64,000 nucleotides of DNA, from the NCBI GenBank assembly GCA_949358305.1, contig OX442314.1, positions 16,120,001 through 16,184,000 of the forward strand, written 5' to 3'. The notes beneath the pieces are model-generated. The model was not told the origin of the DNA. It saw nothing but the letters and a program-made list of their open reading frames with translations, and made no database searches. Source of the stretch: Strigamia acuminata (taxonomy: Eukaryota). Positions 24,401-36,400 of this stretch are shown one piece after another. How positions within the stretch are numbered: position 1 is the first letter of the stretch; each line of letters begins with the position of its first letter. The translations under genes and the position numbers were made by a program.

Positions 24401-27400
24401 TTATTGATGAGTGGAAAATTCATTTCTTTTTGTTGAAGGTTACGTGATAATTCTTAGATTTCTGAATTTACAAGGAATGAATTATAAGTGAATTACTGAC
24501 AAAATTGTTTTCTAAGAAAATTGCGCGATTGAGAAACGATTTGCTAAGAAATACGGCATTTGGTATGTGAGACGGCTTGCTACAAATGTATCTAGCAATG
24601 AGTGAGATGTTTTCTTCCGTTTTTAATCTTCTTACACATTATTATCTTCTAATACAGCAGATAATGGAGCTATACAAAGCAAACATGATTCTCTTCGTTG
24701 TTGCTAAAGAAAACAACTCTTAATCGTTGCTGTTTTCATAACTCTTTTGATTCTTTTTACTTTTTATCTTGTAATATTTATTGATCTTTATATTTATATT
24801 CCCTCTGGAAATAAAACCGGAAAGTTTGTTTGCAGACCTGGATTTTCTAAAATGAGTCCGATATCAAAACAACCTCTCTGAGCTAATTTATTTGATTTTT
24901 TAATATTGGCCTTTAAAGCTGAGATAATGTATTTCAGAACAACAATCTTTCTGGTTATTTTACTGCAAATTTTCAACATGATAAGAGTTATAAACAAATT
25001 AGTTTATAAACTAATATAAACTAAATTATGTTTTCACAATTTGTGAAAAGTTATCGGTTCATTTGCCTTAATTATATGCAATTGATTAGTTTAAGTGTGG
25101 TAAGTCCACAACTGCATATTTTATACTTTAATCGCGATGATTTAAAGTTGCGGACAAACTGATATATGTTTATTTATTGTTAATTTATTTATTTGCAGGT
25201 AAAAATTTCAGAACTAAATTTGGACCCTGACAAAAAGCTATTCATCATCACCTTTGTGGTTTGCGGCTGTGTGGCCGGGGTTCTGATTGCTGTGGTTCTT
25301 TTTTATATCATTCGACGTCATGCAAAGTCCAAAGAGAAACTTCAGGCTCTCGGCCAACAGGATACAGAGCCTAGTCATGATTACCAGGTACTTTTCAAGA
25401 TTTTATTTTTATTTTTTTCTATTTTTTTCTATTTTACTTTCTGAAATGAAACAGTCATGAATTCAATCTACAAATTCTTTATACATAATTTGATTGCTTA
25501 TTTGAGGTCGCGTATGACGACAAATCTCTAAGTAAAAAAAGAGAGCTCAACTTGTCTAAAACAAATGGTACAGCAACTGGTGTCTTCTTTTCTTATGGCG
25601 GGATATAGGACTACGGTAGTCGTTGCATCAATGGTGATGTTGGGACTGAGGGAATGGACAATGTCATAAAGTTTGTTGCTGATTTGTTATGAATATAATA
25701 GGATGCCCTAAACTGTTTGTTTACAGTTTCAGAATATGTAGAATCAGGAATATTTTACTTTAAATTAGCTGCTTCTCTTTTTAATTGAAATTTGAGCTAG
25801 TTTTATGTTTTATGTTTTCTTCAAAAAGAATTTACATGACTTTCTACTTAAGTTACGGCAACATAATAAGGACAAAGGAAATTGCACGTAGTTCTTTGAA
25901 AAAGAAAAATGAATAGGTGCGTTCTCAATTGGTTAAGCAAATACTAAAAGAACTGCTTTAACCAATAGAAATAAGTGAAATAAATGCGCAAATCACAATA
26001 TTATAAGTGACACAAAAAAATATGACGTAGAAAACGTCATATCCTGAAATAAAAACTTAAAAATTTAAGCAGATTTTTCTTAACCAATTTGAACGCACTA
26101 TTGTGTTCATTTCTTTCCATTTAACACCAGTATAGTTGGGTTTGTGGTTAATTGAAGGAGCACTTTCGTTTTTGGCTAAAGCTAAATAAGGAATGAGTAA
26201 GAAGGCCCTTCCTTTCTTTTTCCTGGAATTCTGAACAGAGGAAAAAACAGTCTCCTTCAAGGGATTTTTTTTTAGTAACACATGACCTGATGGCTTAACT
26301 TTTCTTGAAGTAAGTTTCTACCTATATATGCTTTCGGGTTTTTTTTTCTTTTCTTAAACCGAAACTGGGTTACCGCTTAGCTTCCAAGGCTTAGCGATAA
26401 CTTACCTACATGCGGTATTTTTATTTTTATTAAGCCTGGTTCAAATTTGCGGATACGCTGCGGAATTGTTGCATCCATTGTAGCAAACCCCGGTTTCCTA
26501 TTTTTCCGCGCGATTTTTTTCCGCAGCCAATCACAGCTCTTTGTAGCAAACCCCGGATGCAACAATTCCGCAGCGTATCCGTAAGTAAGCTTCTTGCAAT
26601 TCGTCTGTTTCCATGACTACTTTTTAAAAAAAAATCATCTTACTCTGGTATTCTTTTGTGTCCTTTTAGTCTGGCTGTTGCTTGGATTTTGGTAATTAGT
26701 TTCTTACGTGGAAGTCGTTTTCCTTCAAGTGAAATGATGTAGTTGCTATGCAACAAGTTTATTAAGCGACTTGGCAAGCAATTAAGCGAACTTGTCAGTT
26801 CTTTGCAAGTGAGCAACAACGTCTAGATGTTTCTGCAACTACTGGTCTCAACCCGCAATTGCACATGCAATTATTGACCAAAAATAATTCTTGTTTATGA
26901 TGCACAAAAGTGGGCTAAAAGTCGAAATTAATTTAGCTTTACAATGTTGTGAATTAACCCATTATTTGCACACGAGAGAGAAGTAGTTGTTGTTATAAAA
27001 TCAAAAAAAGGAAACACTTTTAATTCGATAGAGTAACTGATTGGTTGGTGATTAATTTCTGAATTTTCTTCGTCTCTAAAGATTTCGAGAATGCGATAAG
27101 CCATTTAAACGAAAACATGGAGTTGAAAGTGGGATCTCTAGAGGATATAGCAGGCAAAACTTTTGGTTGCAAAACAGAGCAACTTCCTGTTTTTCTTATT
27201 CATTTACACACTTCAAGTCGGATACTCAGGCAAGATTGTTTTCATCTGCTATCGCTTAAGGGCACTGTTTCATTTTAAACTTCCATTGGATTTTTTTTTT
27301 GTCTGTGTGAACAAGTTAATGTAATTGGACATTCCCAGTCGAGCATGAAATTTAATTGTGATCGGTATTCACCATATGGTAGAACGAAGGAAAAAATGGC

Positions 27401-30400
27401 GAAAAATCCTTTACACCAATATTCATATGTGGATGTTGATTCAAATCTAATTAAGTTGGTTTTGAAATTTTTTAATTTTGGTTTTAATTTTTTTTTTTTT
27501 TATATATGTCGGGGAGACGAGAGATAATTTATTGGTTCAGACTTTACGACACATTTAACGCATTGATTTATGAGTAAAGAAATGAAAATAGATTTTAATT
27601 TGAAACGAACGTGCTTCAATATTATCTATTTATGTATGATAAGCGTCAAGTTCTAAGTCGTTTTTTAAATTATAGTTATTATGCTGACACTTCAACTCTT
27701 GGCATATTAATGGCTACATAAAGGTCTTTGGGTTTTGCCGTTGGCGGTTATAGGGTTAAAAGACGAACCAACCGATGCAACATGAAACTTATGGAAAGAG
27801 GCAAGGAGAAAGCAAAGGCATAATTAGAAATCTGATCTTTGGGTCTTGCTTTGAGATTAATAAAGCTCGGCATCATCTTACAAAAGTTCCTTATTGTGTT
27901 TCTTGAAGATGGAGTAGAGTTTGATTTCTATTTTTTTATTTTTTATTATCGGCTACGTTTTTCGTACATGGAGTTTTGTGATAATGAAATTATTCTAAGA
28001 ACAGGTGGTTTTTGATACAGATGAGGTCGGAATTGGAATGTGATGGGATGCTTTTAGAAATTACCGATAATTTTTTTGAAGATTTTTTTTTTTTTGAGAA
28101 ATCTTTTTGTTTTGTGCTGGTTCTCTGCACACATTCATGAAATTTTTAATTTTGCGCGAATAAGAATTAAAAATAGAGAAAGGGAATATGTAACTGCAAA
28201 AACGATAGGAACGGCTTGCCATGCTGATCACCTGTTACCAATAGAACACAGAAGTTAAGCAGCATTGGGCCTAGTCATGGTCAGTACTTGGATGGTAACC
28301 CCAGTTGTTTTTCCATCCTTGGCTGATCTAGGTACTCGTTCCTATGGCAAAGAAATCTGCCATCTATAAAATACCTCAACTGGTTTTTTTTGTGGTGATC
28401 TCAGTTGTCAGTGCGAATGCAAGGTTGGGTCCTTATGAAAGTTGTCTCACGGATCGCAAATCAATTTAAGGGGTACAAAACACGTCTCGGCGCATCAGTA
28501 TCGATTGATTTGTGTGGAAATAATTTTTTTTTAAAATATGAATGCTCGTTCTATTGCATCCGAACTGAACGAATGGCCATTTTGGAGTTGATCGATTCAA
28601 TAAACAACGAACTTGCAATGGCAAATACAATCACGAGTTGAAGGTGTATTGTTTGTCAATGAATTAAATAAAATTAGAAAAGAATTAGTAAATCTTTTTG
28701 GAAAAGTCACTGTCCCGAGACCTTACGAAACAATGGCGCCACAGGAAAAGGTGGAGAGAGTTGTACCCTAGGAGGGAAATGGGAAAAAAGAAATATATCA
28801 ATTATGGAAACAAAAACTCTTTTCTGATTAATGTATCGGTAATAGTTCTCGTTCTTAAAATTTTGAGTGGCAGTTAGAGAAAATTCATAATTTACCTCCT
28901 GCAACCCAAATTTCTGGTTGAAAAAAATTAAATGGCTCAGACTCCATAAAGTCCCCCGTCTGCCGGACGAGTGCTTTACTAAATAAGCTGGTAGGCCTAT
29001 TCATAATGCAACTATGACGTCAAGTAGTTGAAAAATGTAGGCTTTATTTCCCGAATCGTGATTAAATAAGGAGGACTCGGATTCAGGTACTTGTGAATTC
29101 CTTTGATTCTAGTGAAATTAGATCTGCGCATGCGTAGTAGTGATATTGAGCTTAGTGAAGATTCCCCTGGTGAGCACTGTTGATAAAAAAACACATACCT
29201 TAGTTCTTTTTATTGGTAAAACTAATTTATTTTTAGTTTGGATAAATTGGTAACAGGATTTACTTATACATTTAGTTTATCGCTATGTTTCAGTATTGAA
29301 ACAGCAAAAGAAAATTCTTTTATACGTAATATTTGATCCGTTTTTCCTTTGATGTAACAATAAAGTGTTGCTTTAGTCCTCTCTTTTCTCCAGGGAAAGT
29401 GAGTCAGTTGGATTGTGCATTAAACTGATAACTGTTTACTTTCATAGCATTGTGATCAGAGATTTCAGCATGCAACTTGAATAAAATCGATTATTTTCAT
29501 TTGAAGTTAGCAAGAGATGCTCCTTGTCTTTAAAGTCAGTCACCTTTAATAAAAGGATGTAATTTAACGATGTTTTTTTCACCTCTTGGCTACTTCATGA
29601 ATGTTTAACGCGAGAAGTCAAAAACCTTCGACCAGGATCGGAATTCATCTGTGGTATCGCCGAGTTTCAAGCTGTAAGAAATATGGGGACCTTACATTTT
29701 ATTACTTTTATTACATTTTACATTTATTACTTCAACTTGGAGTTGAAGCAGGAATTGGTGTCAACGTCAAGAATTTTTGGACACAAGCAGCTCGCGTTGC
29801 GTTAGTTTTCTTGCGCTATGTCTAGTGTGAAGACAAGTGTGAACCCAGCTTTAGATAGCTATAACCCGGATAAAAGGGTTAATAGCGTTGTTTCATATTT
29901 TTTTCCTGTCACAAGGTTAAATTAAATAGTAATCCAGAGATTATCTTTTTTATTTTTTTTATTCTGAGGCCTCTGAAATGTAATCACGGGGCACTACTCT
30001 GTAGGGTATTTTGCCTCGTCGGAAATCCAGCCCTGGCTTTGATTATGGTTGAAATCATTTGATTGAAAAATAAATAAAAGGCAATATTGATTTTTTTGTA
30101 AGTTTTCTTTGGGCTTTTGGTTTTGTTGTATTTCGTATACATAATTTTTTAATTTGGGTTGGAGTTGATAAATTGATAATTGCATCCCTTGAGTGTTCAT
30201 TAATGTATGGCTTCTGACTTTTGCATGCACGGTCTTCTAAAATTGAAGGGTTCATTCTTCGACGTAATTTCAATATTACCATATGCTGAATCGTTCTAAA
30301 ACTTGTTTTAAACATTGATAAAAATCAATGATGCAGTAGCTTTTTTTTATTATTATTTTTTTATTCAATTTGAAATTGGTTTTTGGCTCAAGTTTACCAA

Positions 30401-33400
30401 TTAAGGTTGAGGAAATTTGATGCATGGTAAAAATGGCGGCACCATTCTTTTGTGGCATTTTTTGAGTTGATCACTTTTTTTAGAATATAAAATAAAAATT
30501 AAATTGTTTGGTATTTTACTTAAATACATATGTTGATAACAACAATGCGTAAAATCAGATTTGAAATTGAATTGATTTTTAAAATCGCCATTTTAACATT
30601 TCTTCTCCAGTTTTAAATTAAATAAATAACAATTTTCTTATGATTGGTCCAACCATTGAAAATGATCTAATAATGTTCAATTAAATACCGAGCTATTTGT
30701 CCAAATGTAATTTTAGCTTTTCTTAGAAGCATCTAAGGATGAAACCATAGTAAAGATCGAAAACAACTTTTCGCAGTAATGTTGTTCTAGCTTGATTATT
30801 AATATTTTGTTGCCTACAGGTTGTGCAAATGTAGTTTGAGAAGATAATATGAGAATAGTAATTTGAGTTTCTATAACAACTGTCACGATGTGCAGATGGA
30901 TAGGTATCACAATTGAATCATATTGCATCAATGAGAGACAAACAACTCAATTTAAATCATCTTCTTTGGGTCAGAATAGACTTCGTTACGACCTCGTATT
31001 CTCCCTTTTTCCCTCTCACAGAAATCTCATCATTTGGCTAAAAAAAAGTGTGGCGTCGCCAAACACAATTGGGGCAAACTATTGAAAAGCTTTTTATAAA
31101 ATACTGTATAAAAATTTTAGTGCTAAATTCTTGAATTTTGGATCTAAAATTAAACAATGCACTTTTAGCATTTCCGGGTATTAGATAGGAGTCCAGTCTA
31201 CGGTTCCAAGTATTTGTTTTTAAGTCCAGCAAATGTGGAAAAATTGTTCATCCTAATTAAAGAAAACATTTTTAATTTAATTTTTTTAATTTTTTTAATT
31301 ATAAATTAATAAAGGTTTGTATTAAACAACATTAGACAACAATAAGATCCTGGGTTTTGTGCTCAGCTTAGTGCTACAAATTTGGATGTTCGTAAGTTGA
31401 AGACCTGCTGTACCCGGTTTAGAAGAATTTCAAAAATAAATATAAATAAATAAACTTTTACGCAAAATAATTCCAAGTTTGTAATTATTTGTCTTGAAGC
31501 CCAGGTGCAGCCAACAGCGATGGGAAAATTTTGTGGGTAGAACATCGTAATGCGATCCGGAATGTAGAAATGATTACAAGTATTGTTGGTGTAATGTTGA
31601 AATGGCAATATCTTTTTCTTGTAGTGTTGTGTAGTGCCACAAGGGCGGCACTAATTTTGTTTAGTCTACTCCAAGTATTACTTTACTGCCTCTTCCTAAT
31701 GTATAATATCTTCAAGATTATTAACAACTATTAGTATGAGTTTTATGATATTAAAAACTAAAGAATTCGTTTAAACTGTCGATTAAAAAACTTATTTTTG
31801 TTCCTGGGCGTAATTTTATGGATCGCTTAAGTATAGTTCAGTGAAACCTTGTCACTTGTTTTGCGAAGGAAATGTCAAGAATTGTCTTCAAATCTATAAT
31901 TGTGCTAAGATTCAAAGCTTTTCCTCCAAGCCTTAAAATTTTAATCAGTTTGTGGCGCACAAATAACACTAATTTGGCTTCATGAACTCGCCTTCACATT
32001 TTCAGGGTGATTATTGTTCTCAGTGATTTCTGGGCGACTATTTGTCTACAATTTTCTCAGATATTTTCGCCAGATTCAGTTGACGACGTATAGGAAAATG
32101 CTTGGCGCTATGCCACACATTGAAGCACTTTTGGTAAAATGCACGGAAGCTAAATTAACTTTTAACCTGGAATTGCCAAGGGAGAAAAAAGGTTTATATT
32201 TTCAAAAGTTAGAAAAATCTGTATGTTTGCTTCAAAAATGCGGAGAAATGACCACATTACCATGAATTCTGCTCTACCAGTCGGAATAAGGATTATTTAC
32301 ATTATCAATATCCGGCTGCTGTTTTTTCAATGTAATGCTTCGTATCGTCTTCTATTTTTTAGTGATTTGTTCCCCAGGTTGCCAAATCAGCTTTTTTTTG
32401 GATTTGTTTTTGTTCTTTTGTATTTTCTTAGGTTTCAGCTCTTCGGGGAGTAAACTTGAGTCATATTTTGAAAAATTTTTAATTATTTTTTTCCTTCTTT
32501 TGTGTGCACTATATATACGTTACTAGGGTATATATATTTGATACGGGGTTTCTGGAAAAGTAAACAAGTTTTTCGCTTCGCTTATCTTTGTTATCATATT
32601 CCTGCGTTGAGTCGCTCGGCGAATTGTGAAATGAAGATTGGAAACAAGTTGGAGTCACTTAGTCTTAATTTTGTTATTTAAAAATGAGGGTATTTGTGCG
32701 GAATTAAAAAGGTATGAAATTAGACTGTGCATTTATTGATGTATTTTAATTAAGTAGAAGTTGAATACACAGAGTTTGAATGCGGGTCATTTCAAAGGAA
32801 TGTGAGTGTTGAAGATTTGCCTGCATTTCTTTCTCTGTGCGCTCTCTAGTTTTAACTTGAAGCAATAGTTTTATATTCTCCCTTTTTAAATATTTGGAGT
32901 TGGAGGGAGGCAAGATTGGATTGAAATATTTAAATAAAAATGAAGTTTCTCCCTGCATTCTTTCCCCGACTTCTTGCAAAATTAAATTACAAATTTGAAG
33001 GGAAAAAGGAATAGAAAGAAATTGCAAAACTACGTTACAATAACAACAGTTCCAAATTTATTTTGAAAAAATTTTTATAAAATTATTATTGTAGGATTTG
33101 TGTCGTCAAAGGATGGCCAACAAGAACAATGAGAAATCAGAAGCGATTCAAGTGGCTCAAAGGGTTACCAGTTTATCCCGAGAGAGTGAAGCTTCTGTTC
33201 GCAGCTCTTCGAGCCGTTCGAGTACCTCGTCCTGGTAAGATGGCGCTTATAAAATTTAATTAGTTTGCTTGATGAATAAATTAAAGCTTTGAAGTGTATG
33301 CCCGACCATACAGTTAGGCGCTGCAAGGTTTTAAAATTAAAGAAACCATGAAATTTTATAAAATATAAGTTTTTAGTTTGCAAAAAAAGTTGTGTGGTTA

Positions 33401-36400
33401 TTAAACTAGTTACTGTATAAAGAAATTAAGAAATTAATTAATTAATTAATGTTTCAGGAGTGAAGAACCAGTTACATCCAATATGGACATTTCAACTGGA
33501 CACATGGTGTTGGTAAGCAAAATGCTGCATTTGGTTTTGTATCTTGTTTCTCTTCTGCTTGCTGCTTGGATATGGTTGTTTGGATGGAAAATTTTGGTTG
33601 TTGCCATGGAGGCTGAGCTCATTGATTGCTGATTAAGACATTAATGGAGCAGGATTAACGACCTATTTTGGGGTTGGTCTTTTGTCTTTCTACATACATG
33701 TAATTCGTTAAGCCAACAGGTTCACGGGGTTATACATTTTTAAAGTACCTAAGCACAAAACTTCACTTAAATCGAGGCAACCATTTAATGTGGCTGTTGA
33801 AAGTTTTGTTTTTAAATTATCCGGGCGCCCAGACTTAAGGGGCGCATTAATGTACCCAAAATTCACTGTCTAGCATTTAAAACAATGAAAAATGGGGTGC
33901 ACAAACAATCGGAGCCGGCCTTTTACACACAAGAACCATTTAACAGCTTCTAAATTGAGTGAAATGCTTCTCACATGTTTACATGGCCAAAATATTCCTC
34001 TATTTCCAAAGAGTTTTTTTGATGTTTGAAAGAAACTATTTTTTAAAAAAAGGAACTGAGTTGATTAAGTGCGTTTAATCCTAGTGGGATAAGTAAAATG
34101 CCTTGTAGAAGGCAGAAGCGACGACAATTTTCTCTTGGTTTTTCAAAAGTCGCTTTAATTTTAAGTCTTACAGCTCAGTGATGGCCGCTAACGACCATTC
34201 TCTGTTTTAGTGGTCACTCGTAAGTCATTTTCGTGTAAGAAAAACCAAAAGGAAAAGTCACAAAGTGAAAATGCCAACATTTGTGAATGCTGGCCTAAGC
34301 CTGATAATACGGGGTTTACTGGCATGCTGGAAAACTCACTTCAGACCGGCATGCATGCAGCAGATTGCGGGGTAATGTGGTAAGAAGTAATGTTTCTGCG
34401 GTTCTTTTCTGCTAATTTTGATCCTAAATGATTATTAAAGTTGACCGATTTTTATGCAAAATGAGAATTTTGAGATGATACATAAATGATGCACTGTATT
34501 TTAAGCTTCATCGCTCTAATAATAATGACGGCTTCCTGCTGGTTACGGCTTTGTAGTGCTTAATTATAATTAGAGCTTAGTTTTTTAATGAAATATAAGT
34601 TGAGTTTTTCGGTTTTTTTAACAATTTATTTTTGTTTGTTCGCTTGTTTAGTCGTACATGGAAGATCACCTGAAAAATAAAGACCGATTAGAACAAGAAT
34701 GGGTGGCGCTGTGTGCCTACGAAGCCGAACCATGTAACATGTCATCTGCTAATGCAACTGATAATGTTAAAAAAAATAGATATCCAGAAGTACTTCCATA
34801 TGACCATTCACGGGTCGTTCTCAATGATCTCACTAACATCAATGGAAGTGATTACATCAATGCCAGTACAATTGTGAGAATTATTTACGAAATGTGAAAT
34901 ATCTCTTTTTGTTTTTAATAATTCTTTTTGTTTATCCAATTCAAGACCGATCACGATCCGCGAAATCCAGCGTACATTGCTACACAAGGTCCCTTACCGC
35001 ATACTGCAGCAGATTTTTGGCAGGTATGTTTAAAATTGCAAAATATTTTCGTGGAAATGAAAAAATGTTTTGTAATTATAATTTTTTATTTTGCGAGTTA
35101 ATAAATTTCTAATTTTTTGTTGCAATTAACATACAAGGATTAATTTATTTGGATTAGCATAATCGTACTTTGTCTGTGACCTTGAGGAGTATTGGTTTTT
35201 TTTTATTTTTATTTTGTGGATTTACATTAGGCCTAATTATGTTTTTGAGATTTTTTTTCTGAAACAAATTTTATTGGCTGCCGCGCCATTGCCAATAAAT
35301 GTGATTGAAAAAATGGAGGAGTTGTGCAGATTTGATTAGATTAAGATTGTCACTTGTTTAAAGGTATTAAACGTAATTGATTGCAAAAGAACAAATACGC
35401 GCGTTCAATTAGTGAAGTTTGATGCGTTTGACAATTGCGGCGAGCAGCAAATGAAATTTTAAGCTCGGTTGCTTTAGTTAATTATAATTTGTTAATTGAG
35501 TGGTTCCGAATTGCTAGAATTCTTTTTAGTATTGTTCGTAATAACAGTACCGACCATTCACGTGATTTAAACCCAAATCGTGAGCATTGAAGTTAGATAC
35601 AGAGTATAGTACATTAACAGTTTTGAATACATTTATTTGAAAAGGTCATTTTAGCAGATTACAAGCGGTTTAATCTTTTGGGAATTGATGTGCAAGTGCA
35701 AGCTCATTAAAGCATGTTTTCTTTTTTCTTTTTTTTTTATCTGCTCAGTTGGTGTGGGAGCAAGGAAGTGTGGTCGTTGTAACATTAACCCGATTGGTGG
35801 AGAATGGCATCGCGATGTGCCATCGATATTGGCCAGAAGAAGGCAGCGAACTTTATCATATTTACGAGGTAAAAATCGAAGAAATGACAATGATTAATTT
35901 AAGATTAATTTACAAAAATGTTCACCAGAATCTAAATTGGTTGAAGGTGCTTCACATTTTCAAATACGAGCCAGATAAATTTGAGAATTCTGTATTAGTT
36001 TATTAGTATATCGACTCTGGTCTCTGTACCTTTAATGTTCGATAATGCAGTCGAAGTGCGCAAATCTCAAATTCGGAAGTTATTGTTTCCCGATTTGATT
36101 GCCATTCAAATCAAAGCGATGCATTGCTTCCAGGTGCATTCTTCGAGATATCTTGTCATCCACTCAACCAGACATGAAAATCTGTAGCTCGTTAGATTTG
36201 GCTCATCAAAAATACATTGTAAAGAATGTTTTACTGACAGACTGATGTTTTAACGAGTCGATTTGCTGTAGATTTCTCATTTTTGACGAGTTGTTGATTT
36301 GGAGATTGCAATGTTTCATTTTGAAATGCTTAAAGTTGAGTTTGGCTTCTTTTACCGCCAGTTGCAAGCTGCAAACTTAATGGTAGGATTTGTTATTAAA

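Noticed and set aside
28211..28300. Functional 5S rRNA gene
   Set aside because: Many substitutions, a small duplication, missing 3' stem, not in an array.
3000..33000. Numerous 60-130 aa ORFs in the large IA-2 introns
   Set aside because: Low-complexity F/L/I/K-rich translations of AT-rich DNA with no domain signal; no nested protein gene supported apart from the transposase.
33820..33920. hAT-type MITE remnant (gggcgccc..ggggcgc..ggagccggcc)
   Set aside because: Only one plausible end; too degraded to call.
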